Of a stretch of DNA of 64,000 nucleotides, positions 26,279-36,900 are shown piece by piece. The translations under genes and the position numbers were made by a program. Under the pieces are notes generated by a model. It was not told the origin of the DNA, ran no database searches, and saw nothing but the letters and a program-made list of their open reading frames with translations. The stretch spans positions 21,821 to 85,820 of the forward strand of contig JAHKLW010000029.1 in assembly GCA_020854815.1 (NCBI GenBank), in the 5' to 3' direction. This stretch comes from Methanofastidiosum sp. (lineage in GTDB: Archaea > Methanobacteriota_B > Thermococci > Methanofastidiosales > Methanofastidiosaceae). Every line of letters starts with the position of its first letter. Within the stretch, counting starts at the first letter, position 1.

Positions 26279-27541
26279 CTATTTATTATTTTCGTTCTTT
26301 TCTAGAATCTTCATTATCCTGTCCATTGGAAGAGATTTGGGAACAAAGGGTATTGCTCTATGAGTATTGAAATTGTTCTGTCCGAACTTTGGCCAGTTTG
26401 AGTTTGCATATGCCTTCATTGATTGTTGATAAGACGCATATGTCCAACTTGAACTGCTCTGAATAGCGTAGAGTTTATAGTCGTCTTCGCCTCCAACATA
26501 GATTGTGCCGTCAGGAGCTATTGCAGGAGATGACCTACCACCACCGACATCATACCTCCACTTGTAGTCAGTACGATCTCCACTACCTGTCGGGCTTATC
26601 GCGTAAAGATAATCATCCTGGCTCACAAAATATATTGTGCCGTCTGCACCGATTGCAGCGGATGATGGAACACTGCTACCTGTTTCAAATCTCCACTTTA
26701 GAGAACCGTTTGGATTTATTGCATAGAGGTATTTATCGGAGCTCCCAATATATACTGTGCCATCTGCACCGATTGCTGGTGATGATCGATTAATGCCTCC
26801 ACCGGTCTCATATCTCCACTTTAGAGAACCATTTGGATTTATTGCATAAAGATAATCATCATAACTTCCTATGTATATAGTGCCGTCTGCTGCAACAGCA
26901 GGGGATGAGCGAGCATAATACGTATTGATGTCATAAGTCCATTTCAATGACCCGCTTGGTGTTATTGCGTAAAGGTTGCCGTCTTGGCTTCCAACATAGA
27001 TTGTGCCGTCTGCACCTATTGCTGGTGATGACTGAGCATAGCTAGTGCTACCTATGTCATAATTCCATTTAAATGATCCGCCTGCAGTCAGCGCATAAAG
27101 GTAGCCGTCATGGCTTATAAAATATATTGTGCCATCTGCACCGATTGCGGGAGATGAGCAAACATTTGATCCTGTTTCATATGACCACTTTAGAGATCCG
27201 TCTGGATTTATTGCATAAAGATAATCATCCTGGCTCCCAATGTATATTGTTCCATCAGGAGCTATTGATGGTGAGCCTGTGATATAACTCCCAGTTTCAT
27301 ATGTCCATTTTGGGGCCCCTCCACTTGGGGAGAATGCATAGAGGGAAAAATCATACCCCCCAACATATATTGTGCCATCTGCACCGATTGCTGGGGATGA
27401 ATAAACATAATTTCCTATATAGTAATCCCATTTAAGGTCCCCATCCGCGGCAAAAACTGCTCCAAAAGACGTTAAAAATATAGTAACTAATAAAACAGCT
27501 GTTATTTTTTTCTTCATGAAAATCACCATTATTGTTATCAA
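26279..27541 (-). CDS. secreted PQQ-like beta-propeller repeat protein with C-terminal 'PKSLPMDRIMKILEKNENNK' motif
   Basis: About 8 repeats of 'SSPAIGADGTIY(V/I)GS.D..LYAI.P.GSLKW'. Signal peptide (start likely 'MKKKITAVLL' at 27517). Confidence 0.7.
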   Translation of the reverse strand: MITIMVIFMKKKITAVLLVTIFLTSFGAVFAADGDLKWDYYIGNYVYSSPAIGADGTIYVGGYDFSLYAFSPSGGAPKWTYETGSYITGSPSIAPDGTIYIGSQDDYLYAINPDGSLKWSYETGSNVCSSPAIGADGTIYFISHDGYLYALTAGGSFKWNYDIGSTSYAQSSPAIGADGTIYVGSQDGNLYAITPSGSLKWTYDINTYYARSSPAVAADGTIYIGSYDDYLYAINPNGSLKWRYETGGGINRSSPAIGADGTVYIGSSDKYLYAINPNGSLKWRFETGSSVPSSAAIGADGTIYFVSQDDYLYAISPTGSGDRTDYKWRYDVGGGRSSPAIAPDGTIYVGGEDDYKLYAIQSSSSWTYASYQQSMKAYANSNWPKFGQNNFNTHRAIPFVPKSLPMDRIMKILEKNENNK

Positions 27542-27585
27542 AACAAGATTTTAAGACTATTTAAGTTTTACGGTTTTCTTTATTA

Positions 27586-27915
27586 ATGTCTTATCCCAAA
27601 ATCATTTCCCGTGAGGAAATGTTATTGGGGTATGGCAAAGCTCAAGGAGAGTGCAAGTTTCAGATAGCCCTAAAGGAGCTAGGGATAGAGCATATACTTT
27701 CCGGTGTCAGCCATCCCCAGACAAACGGGAAGATTGAAAGATTCTTGGAACGCTTGAGCAGAAGCTAAAATACTTCAAGTCGATAGAAGAGTTCATGAAC
27801 TTCTACAACAAGAAACGGCCACACATGAGCTTAAATCTTGACGTGCTTGAGACTCCAGAAATGGCATTTTACAGAAAGCTAGAATCTGGCAGTAATTTGC
27901 CAGATACTACCTAAA
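27586..27915 (+). mobile_element. truncated, frameshifted IS transposase (rve integrase-core C-terminal fragment)
   Basis: 'HPQTNGKIERFLERL' is the rve-core signature. After a frameshift the frame continues 'EEFMNFYNKKRPHMSLNLDVLETPEMAF' (the ...YN..RPH..L motif). The N-terminal DDE portion is absent. Confidence 0.6.
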
Positions 27916-28026
27916 ATAGGGGAGATTTTTTAATGAAAGGAAAAGGAAATAATTGCAGGATAAGACAAATAATTTATTATAATGTTTTAATTATTGTGAT
28001 AATAGAAAAAGAGATAAAAAATAAAT

Positions 28027-30063
28027 TTATCTTATCTTTGCACCGGTCTTGATTTCCTTGTCTGCTTCAAGTAATGATACAAGCTTTCCGTCGTCAGCAG
28101 CCAAAAGCATAGCTTCACTCTTTACGCCACGGATTGTTGCTGGTTCAAGATTGCATATTGCCACTATCTTCTTTCCGACTAATTCTTCCTTCTTATAGTA
28201 GCTCTTTATGCCTGCAACTATAGTTCTCTCTTCGCCGACATCAATCTTCATGACATATAGCTTGTCAGCCTTCGGGTGGTCTTCAACTGAGATGATCTTC
28301 CCAGTCCTTATATCAAGTTTTGCAAACTCATCAAATGGTATCATGGGCTTTTCCTCCTTCTTTACTAGGGTCTTTTTCATTGGGGGCGGATTATCAAGCT
28401 TTTCTATCTGCCTCTTTATCTCCTCATCAGGGACCTTGGAGAATATCGGCTCTGGTTTTTCTAAAGGCTTTCCCTGCTCTAAAAGAAGTTTTGCACTATC
28501 GTCCCAGGAAAACTTAGCTATTCCAATCTCACTCAGCATCTTCTCTGTTGAGAACGGCAAAAATGGATTTAGTACCATTGAGAGCGTCTTTGCTAGCTCT
28601 AGAGATATGTAGATTGTGTTTGCTGCCCTTTGCTTATCGGTCTTAACTAGCTTCCATGGCTCCTTCTTATCAAAGTACCTGTTGCAGCTCTTTGCAAATG
28701 AGACGACCTCCTTCAATGCATCCTTCATCTTGAATACCTTTATGAGGTCAGAGACCTTTGTACCGATCTCTTCCATGTTCTTTATGGCTTCCTTATCGTC
28801 ATCATCAAGGAGTGATTTATCAAGAGAAGGAATCTTACCGTCAAAGTTATTGAAAGCAAATGTGATGGACCTGTGGACAAAGTTGCCTATGATGTCATTT
28901 AGCTCGTCATTTATCCTCTTCTGGAAATCCTCCCAGAGGAAGTCTGAGTCCCTTGATTCTGGGGCTACTGTTGTTAGATAATACCTAAGATAGTCAGGCG
29001 GGAAATCCTTCAGGAATTCTCCAAGCCATATCGCCCAGTTCCTTGATGTCGATGTCTTCTTTCCGCCTATGTTGAGGTACTCATTTGCCGGGACGTCGTA
29101 TGGGAGCTTCCATTTTCTCCCTTCATATTCGCCATACCCTAAGAGGAACGCCGGCCACATGATAGCATGGAAAGGTATGTTATCCTTACCTATGAAGTGG
29201 ACGATCTTTCCGTCCAGCCAGTAATCCTTCCATGCGTCTGGTTTTCCCATTCGCTCTGCCCACTCCTTTGTGGATGAGACGTAACCTATGACCGCTTCAA
29301 ACCAGACATACAATACTTTGTCTTTTCCTTCTTCTAGCGGGACCTTGATACCCCACTGCAAATCTCTTGTGATTGCCCTATCTTGTAACCCTTCCTTGAT
29401 CCAGTTCAGGCAGAAGTTTACTACGTTAGGCCTCCAGTGCTTGTTTGACTTCATCCAGACTTCTAATTCATCCTGAAAGTCGCTTAGCCTGATAAACCAC
29501 TGGAATGTTTCCTTTACTTCAGGCGTTGTGCCGCATGTTATGCACTTTGGGTCTACAAGCTCAATTGGCTCTAAGACCTTTCCGCAGACCTCGCACTGAT
29601 TGCCCTTTTGATCCGGGGCGCCGCATGTCGGGCATGTCCCCTCGACGTATCTGTCCGCCAAGAACATGTTGCACTTGGGGCAGAATGCCTGGACGACGGT
29701 CTTCCTCTCAATATGGCCGTTCTTTAAGATCTTCAAGAAAAAGTCTTGAGAGGTCTTGTGGTGAATGGGTAGCGAAGTCCTTGAAAAGTTATCATAGGAT
29801 ATGCCGAGATTTTTAAAATCTGTCTTCATATCCTCATAGTAAAAGTCAACAAGCTCCTTTGGCGTGACGCCATCCTTTAGGGCCTTTATCTCTATTGCCG
29901 TTCCATGTTCGTCTGTCCCACCTACATAAACTATATCCGCGCCAGCTAGCCTATTGTACCTGACATAGGTATCTGCTGGAAGGTAAGCCCCTGCTATATG
30001 GCCTACATGGAGGGGGCCATTTGCATAGGGAAGAGCGGAAGTGACAAGTATTCTTTCTCTCAT
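28027..30063 (-). CDS. metG: methionyl-tRNA synthetase with C-terminal tRNA-binding (EMAP/Trbp111-like) domain
   Basis: HIGH motif 'HVGHIAG', a four-Cys CP knuckle region, and a C-terminal 'GKIISVEDHPKADKLYVMKIDVGEE...' OB-fold. 678 aa. Confidence 0.9.
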   Translation of the reverse strand: MRERILVTSALPYANGPLHVGHIAGAYLPADTYVRYNRLAGADIVYVGGTDEHGTAIEIKALKDGVTPKELVDFYYEDMKTDFKNLGISYDNFSRTSLPIHHKTSQDFFLKILKNGHIERKTVVQAFCPKCNMFLADRYVEGTCPTCGAPDQKGNQCEVCGKVLEPIELVDPKCITCGTTPEVKETFQWFIRLSDFQDELEVWMKSNKHWRPNVVNFCLNWIKEGLQDRAITRDLQWGIKVPLEEGKDKVLYVWFEAVIGYVSSTKEWAERMGKPDAWKDYWLDGKIVHFIGKDNIPFHAIMWPAFLLGYGEYEGRKWKLPYDVPANEYLNIGGKKTSTSRNWAIWLGEFLKDFPPDYLRYYLTTVAPESRDSDFLWEDFQKRINDELNDIIGNFVHRSITFAFNNFDGKIPSLDKSLLDDDDKEAIKNMEEIGTKVSDLIKVFKMKDALKEVVSFAKSCNRYFDKKEPWKLVKTDKQRAANTIYISLELAKTLSMVLNPFLPFSTEKMLSEIGIAKFSWDDSAKLLLEQGKPLEKPEPIFSKVPDEEIKRQIEKLDNPPPMKKTLVKKEEKPMIPFDEFAKLDIRTGKIISVEDHPKADKLYVMKIDVGEERTIVAGIKSYYKKEELVGKKIVAICNLEPATIRGVKSEAMLLAADDGKLVSLLEADKEIKTGAKIR

Positions 30064-30262
30064 GATTATAACTCCTATTTAGTAGTAAATAGTGCTTAAA
30101 AAATGTTTAAAAGGCTTTGTGAGGGTTAAGCTAAGGGAAAAATGATTTAAATCTTTTTATTGAAAATATGAAAAATTAAATATTTTTAATCAAATAAATG
30201 ATTTTAAAGAAATATTGTGAAACATTTTTAAATAAAAGTGACTATCTAAAATTGGTGACTAG

Positions 30263-33200
30263 GTGCCAAAAGAAGTTAATCAAATAACTAGAGAAATTGT
30301 TAAAAATCACCTAGAGAAAATTTCTAATTTTAAAGATGTTTATGACTTATTTAGATTATTAAATTATCCCGATGAGATTATTTATCCTTCTCCCACTAGA
30401 AGAAAAAAAGACTCATTTAATTTCAAGAAAGAAGACCAAGATAGAATTAAAGAAGTATATTCAATAATAAGCATTGGTGAGGGATTATCTAAAGGAGATA
30501 ATCTTCAAGTATTTTTTGTAGAATGCAATTCCATCAGTACAAGATTTACTAGAGAAGTAACTAAAAAGTTAGCAGAATCTTATAGAAGCCTATTAGTAAT
30601 ATTTACCGATAACTATGATAATATTGTATTCATACTACCTGAAAATGTTAAAGAGAGAGATGTTTTCAAACTAAAACTGACACGCCTTCACGCCATTAAA
30701 TCTGATTTATACTATACTGATATAGATATTGTTTCTCGCCTATTGTACGAACAAGAAAATAGTTGGCGTTTTATTTTTAAAAAATGGAAAGATGCTTTTA
30801 GTGTTGAGAGAGTACAAGATTCATTTTTTGAAGATTACAAAAAAGTTTTCTTCAAAGTTAGAGATTATCTTCGTGAGCAAAAAGTTCCTAAAAAAGAATC
30901 GCATGAATTTACATTACAGCTGTTGAATAGAATAATGTTCATCTATTTCATTTCAAAAAAAGGCTGGCTTAAAGAGAAAAAATTCATTTCTTACTTATGG
31001 AAGGAATACAAAAAAAGCAACGAAAAAGATACGTTCTATTCCAAATGGTTAAAGCAAATATTTTTTAAAGCTTTTAACGGCAGGGCGGCAGAGATATCTG
31101 AAATATCTGAATCGATGCGTCAGTTATTACTAGAATATGCACCTCACTTAAATGGTGGACTTTTTAGAGAGAGTAAATTGGACAAACATGAGTCACTGAA
31201 AAATTTAGTTTTGCCAGATTCTCTTTTTTTAGAATTAATCCAAGGTTTTTTTGAAAGATACAACTTTACAATAAAAGAGGATATACCATTAGATCAAGAT
31301 GTTGCTGTTGACCCGCAAATGATTGGATATGTTTACGAATCATTAGCTAATGTTGCAGATGAAATTTACGATAGAAACGATCTTGGGATATTTTACACCC
31401 CTTCAATTGAAGTAGAGTTTATGTGTAAAAGATCTTTAGTTGAATATATATGGAATAATATGCCAGATATTTTACCTAAAGAAAAAATTTATCATCTCCT
31501 TTTTGATTTACCTGACCTTGATGAAGATTTAATTGATTATTTTAATTCAAATAATATATGGCATAGACTTGAAGAAGTGTTAGATAACTTATCAGTTGTA
31601 GACCCTGCATGTGGTTCTGGTGCATTTTTAGTTGGAATGCTAAATATTTTATCAGAAGTTTATTCTTACATTCATATCCAATCGAGCCGTAATATCCCTG
31701 ATTTTGAGAGAAAATACAGAATTATCCAGAGAAATTTATATGGTGTAGATGTAATGCCTTGGGCTTTGCATGCTGCAGAGTTAAGGCTATGGTTACAATT
31801 AATAGTTGAATCCGATTTCAAAACTGAAGAACTAAAGAAAGGGCCACTTCTACCTAATCTGGATATGAATCTTAGAAGAGGTGATTCTTTAGTTCAAGAG
31901 ATTGGAGATATGACTTTTAACCTACGCCAAAATATATTGAATCCAATATTGAAAAAAAGATTAGACAAACTAAAGTTAGAGAAACAGAAGTATTTTGAAA
32001 GTTCAAGAACTGGAAGATTTAGAAGATCAGATGAAATTAGAAATGAGGAAATTTCGATTTTCCAAGAAATAATTGCACAAAGAATAGAGGCTGTTGAAAA
32101 TAAAATCAAAGAAAACAATGATAAATTGCTCAAAAGCAAAAAATCAGAACAAACTTTTTTAGTTGAAAGGCCAAAATCAAAAATTCAACTTGAGATAGAA
32201 GAAGAGAAAAAAGAAGGAATTTTGCAGAAACAAATTACAGATCTAAAGCAAGAGATACATATATTAAACGAATTGAATAAGAAGCTTTTGAATCCTGAAG
32301 AAAAACCTTTCGTTTGGGATATTGATTTTGCCGAGATATTTGGAGATAAAGGGGGATTTGATATAGTTATCGGAAATCCACCATATGTTAGATATCAAAA
32401 AATATCTCCTCCAAATATACCTAAATCTGAAGTATCTTTGGAAGCTAAAAAAGAATATAAAGAGAAACTAATTAATTCAGTTAATAACCAATTCCCATTA
32501 ATTCAAAGTTTGGATAGAAAAAGCGATTATTACATATATTTTTACTTTCACGGTTTAAGCTTATTAAATAAAAAGGGAACATTTTGTTTTATTACTTCAA
32601 ACTCGTGGTTAGATGTAGAATATGGTAGAGACTTGCAAGAATTTTTAGTAAAATATGTTCCTATCTATTCTATTTACGACAATTTAGTAAAAAAGAGCTT
32701 TGCTCATGCAGACGTGAATACAATCATTGCTTTTTTTGGAAGCCCAAAAATAAAAATAGAAAACTTAACTGAATGGTTATTTGAAGAGGAAACAAATAAA
32801 GGAACATGGCCATATATAAATAATATTGCAAAATTTGTAATGTTTAAGAAACCATTTGAAGAATGTTTAATGATTGACAATTTATTAGAGATAGAAAAAT
32901 GCCAAAACACGAAAGTAACTAACGATATGAGAGTAGTATGTATTAGTCAAAAAGAATTATTCCAACAGGGATTGACTAATAAAAATATTTATTATGGAAC
33001 TATGTGGGGCGGGAGATATCTTCGAAGTCCAGACATATTCTTAGATATCCAGAAAAATTCAAGAGAAAAACTTACTAGATTAAGTGACATAATTAATGTA
33101 GAAACATATCTTAATACTCTAGGTTCAGACAAATTCTTTTTTGTCTCTGTTGAACAAACAGTTAATAATTTGTGCAAAATAAAGAGTAGAATAGATGGAA

Positions 33201-33919
33201 GCACTTTTGAGATAGAAAAAGAATTTCTCACTGATTTCATAGAATCACCAAAAGAATTGAAATCGATACTAGTAAAAGAGCCCTTTAAAACAAAATTGTT
33301 TAGAGTTCCAAAAGAAATATCCTTATCAGATTTAAAATCAAGTAAAGCATATCGATACATTTCTTTTGGGGAAAAAAATAAGTATAAGACAGATTTACCA
33401 AAACAAGCATATTATGGTTCTAAAATAATAATGGCTTGTTATCAAGGGGCAAGTCATATAATAAACTATAATCCTAATAGAATAATTTCCCATAGATTTT
33501 TTAGGATAATACCAAGAACTAAAGAAATAGATGAAGAAACATTAATTTTATTATTAAACTCTACTTTTTCATCTTTATCGCTTGAAATATTCAGAAATCC
33601 AAGTTTAGGCGGCGGAGTTTTAGCACATGGAACTTATACCATTAAAGAGTTTATAATACCAAAAATTGAAAAAATTGAGATTAACAAAAAAAAATTTATT
33701 TATAGAGAAATCAAGCCAATTTTTGAAGAAATAGGAATAGATCCAACAAAAACTATTAGGGATCAATTCCCCAAACCCATTCCTGAAAGAGAAGAATTAG
33801 ACGATATTATATTTGATGAATTAGGATTAACAAAAGAAGAAAGAAATGAAGTATATTGGTCTCTATGTGAACTAGTCAAACAAAGATTAGATAAAGCAAA
33901 AAGTTTGAAATGTGAGTAA
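30263..33919 (+). CDS. N6-adenine DNA methyltransferase, Eco57I/type IIG/PglX/DrmMI-like (1218 aa)
   Basis: Motif I 'VVDPACGSGAFLVG', 'LYGVDVMPWALHAAELRLWL', 'LPNLDMNLRRGDSL' and motif IV 'IVIGNPPYVRYQ'. A coiled-coil insertion of about 150 aa sits between the GDSL and NPPY motifs. A long C-terminal region could be a target-recognition domain (TRD). Overlaps the next gene by 8 nt. Confidence 0.8.
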   Translation: MPKEVNQITREIVKNHLEKISNFKDVYDLFRLLNYPDEIIYPSPTRRKKDSFNFKKEDQDRIKEVYSIISIGEGLSKGDNLQVFFVECNSISTRFTREVTKKLAESYRSLLVIFTDNYDNIVFILPENVKERDVFKLKLTRLHAIKSDLYYTDIDIVSRLLYEQENSWRFIFKKWKDAFSVERVQDSFFEDYKKVFFKVRDYLREQKVPKKESHEFTLQLLNRIMFIYFISKKGWLKEKKFISYLWKEYKKSNEKDTFYSKWLKQIFFKAFNGRAAEISEISESMRQLLLEYAPHLNGGLFRESKLDKHESLKNLVLPDSLFLELIQGFFERYNFTIKEDIPLDQDVAVDPQMIGYVYESLANVADEIYDRNDLGIFYTPSIEVEFMCKRSLVEYIWNNMPDILPKEKIYHLLFDLPDLDEDLIDYFNSNNIWHRLEEVLDNLSVVDPACGSGAFLVGMLNILSEVYSYIHIQSSRNIPDFERKYRIIQRNLYGVDVMPWALHAAELRLWLQLIVESDFKTEELKKGPLLPNLDMNLRRGDSLVQEIGDMTFNLRQNILNPILKKRLDKLKLEKQKYFESSRTGRFRRSDEIRNEEISIFQEIIAQRIEAVENKIKENNDKLLKSKKSEQTFLVERPKSKIQLEIEEEKKEGILQKQITDLKQEIHILNELNKKLLNPEEKPFVWDIDFAEIFGDKGGFDIVIGNPPYVRYQKISPPNIPKSEVSLEAKKEYKEKLINSVNNQFPLIQSLDRKSDYYIYFYFHGLSLLNKKGTFCFITSNSWLDVEYGRDLQEFLVKYVPIYSIYDNLVKKSFAHADVNTIIAFFGSPKIKIENLTEWLFEEETNKGTWPYINNIAKFVMFKKPFEECLMIDNLLEIEKCQNTKVTNDMRVVCISQKELFQQGLTNKNIYYGTMWGGRYLRSPDIFLDIQKNSREKLTRLSDIINVETYLNTLGSDKFFFVSVEQTVNNLCKIKSRIDGSTFEIEKEFLTDFIESPKELKSILVKEPFKTKLFRVPKEISLSDLKSSKAYRYISFGEKNKYKTDLPKQAYYGSKIIMACYQGASHIINYNPNRIISHRFFRIIPRTKEIDEETLILLLNSTFSSLSLEIFRNPSLGGGVLAHGTYTIKEFIIPKIEKIEINKKKFIYREIKPIFEEIGIDPTKTIRDQFPKPIPEREELDDIIFDELGLTKEERNEVYWSLCELVKQRLDKAKSLKCE

Positions 33920-36900
33920 TATGCCAATTCCAAATGAAATTATAGATAACAGTGAAGATAACAAATTATTCTCTTTCCTAAATTGGGCTCTTAAAGATTA
34001 TCCTAAAACAAATTTAGATATTGCCACAGCTTTTTTTGATATCAAAGCTTATGCTCTAGTAAAAAACAATCTCAACGGAGTTACTCAATTTAGATTATTA
34101 CTAGGTAAGCCTCCTGAAATAAAATCTGAAAGAACATTAGGCGATGTTCTTTCTGAAGAAATTCGTCAAAATCTTGAAGATCTAGAGTTATCTAAAAGAT
34201 GCAATGACACTGTAAAACAGCTGATTGACTTCTTAAAAAAAGAGAATGTCGAAGTTAAACTATTTGAAGATTTTCTTCATGGTAAGGCATATATCTTCGA
34301 TAATTTGATTGTTATAGGTTCTTCAAACTTTACAGGTGCTGGCCTAACAAGATACGGAGAATTAAATACTTGGAAACAAGAATCTCAAGCAATATATACA
34401 AAAAAAGAATGGTTTGAAAAGTTCTGGGCAGAGTCTATTGATTTTAAAAATGATCTTATTGAGTTACTTGATTCATCAAGATATGGTAGTAAAGAATATA
34501 CGCCATACCAAGTTTATATCAAAGCTCTTTATGAGCTACAAAAAAATGATATTAGAGAAGAACAAGAAGAAATAGACCCATATCTCCCCGCATCTAAAGT
34601 TAATCTTACAGAGTTTCAAGAGGATGCCATATATAGGATTGAATCAAGAATAGAAAAATATGGATTTATAATAATAGCTGACTCAGTAGGTCTTGGAAAA
34701 ACTTGGATTGCAAAAAAGATTATAGAAAAAAGAGGTTACTATAGAAGAGAAAATATCCTTGTAATATGCCCCGCCCAGTTAAAATCAATGTGGTCAAAAG
34801 AATTAAAATCTATAGATGTCAAAGATAATATATTGTCCCAAGAGGAGTTAGCTTCTGAGGAATATCTCAAAAAAATAAAGAATGTGATCAAAGATAATCT
34901 TTCTACTATCAGGTTAGTAGTTATAGACGAAAGCCATAACTTCAGAAATCCCTTGTCAAATAAATGGGAGCATCTATTCAATCTTCTATCAGAACATATT
35001 ACTAAGAAAGGAAAGAAACCTGAAATTCTGATGTTAACTGCTACGCCCATAAACAATAGTATTTGGGATTTGTATTGGCAGATAATGTTACTAACTTTAC
35101 AAAATCAAAGAACTTTTTCTAAAGACAATATTGATAACTTATTCAAATTTTTCAAAGAAGTTGAAAAGGAAGGAGAGCCAACTTTACTTAGTGATCTTCT
35201 AAATGAGATATCTGTAAGAAGGACTAGAGATTACATCGTAAAAAATTATCCAGAAGCTTTTGTTACTATCAATAACGAAGAAAAAAGAATAATATTCCCA
35301 AAAAGAGAATTGGAAAATATTAATTATAGTTTGGAAGAAACATATGCAGGATTGTATAGAGAGATATCAGAAATCATCACCGATAAATTATCAATGGCCT
35401 ACTATAGGCTTCTTGATTATAAGAAAGATGAAGAGTTAACAAAAGAAGAGGAATTCTTACGTGGACGAATGATTGCTATTGAAGGTATATTCAGTACAAT
35501 TTTATTGAAAAGATTAGAGAGTAGTATTGAAGCTTTTAGGATAAGCATAGGAAAACACGTCAATTTTCTCAACACTTTTAAAGAGTACCTTTTTGAAGGA
35601 AAACTTGTCACAAAAGAATTCTTTTCTAAATATTTAATGAATTTAGATGAAGAACTTGAGGATGAAGAAATAATACAATCACTCGAAGATTTTAATTTAG
35701 AGAAGTATAATACAGATAAACTGATTGAGGATATTGATTCAGACATTAAACTCTTAAACATTATCTTAGACAAAGTCAAGACAATCAAACCAAAAAATGA
35801 TGCGAAATTAAATTCTCTTAAAGAAATTCTATTTGATCTTTCTAAAAAAGGCCAAGTAGTAATATTTACTTATTATGCCGATACTCTGAACTATATTTAC
35901 AAAGAGATAAATTCTGATCCACAGTTTTCCAAGATAAAAATCCAAGCAATATCGAGCTCAGGCTTAACTTCAAAGAATCCCAATGAACGAGTGAGAATTC
36001 TTGAAGACTTTGCATCACATAAAGTTGATATTTTAATGAGTACGGATGTTTTATCGGAAGGGCAGAACCTCCAATCTGCACAGTTTTTGATTAATTATGA
36101 TCTTCACTGGAATCCAACTAGAATGATCCAGAGAGCAGGTAGAATAGATAGGATAGGATCCCCATTCTCAAAGATTCATGTATATAACTTCTTTCCTGAA
36201 AAGGAGCTTGAAGCTCTTTTGAGATTATTAGAATATCTTCAAAAAAAGATATTAGATATTGATCACTCTGTTGGATTAGATCAAACCGTATTAGGTGAAC
36301 AAATACATCCAAAAGTATTTGGAATAATGAGAAGGATAAAGAATAAAGATAATACGGTAATTGATGAAATTGAATCTGATGCATTTGGTGGTGGGGAGCA
36401 GTTCTATCAACCCCTTAAAGATTATTTAAAATCAAAGGCGAAAGAAGAAATTGAATCGATACCTAACGGCGTTTATAGTGGATTAAAAACTAAGAAACTA
36501 GCAGGGATTTTTTTCTATTACAAATATGATAATGATTTCCACTTCTGGTATCTTTATGATTTTAAGAATAATAGATTAATAAAAAACAAGACTGAGATAC
36601 TTAATTATATAAAATGTCCTCCCGATGAAAAAAGAGTAGTGCCTGATTTCTTTGAAAAGGTCTACGAAGTAAATCAGGTTATTGTTGAGGATATAAGAAA
36701 AGTATATGAAAACTTATCATCAAGTCAAGAACAGGACTCACAACTAAAAGAATTGGCTAGCTCAAAGAGTACAAAATTTATTAGAGATATAAGAAACGAA
36801 ATAGATAGATATATTGATGAATTCATGGATACTTATCAAGAGGGCAATGAGTTAGTAGAAAAATTAGAACAGATTAACGCTAAATTAGTAAAGATTCCTT

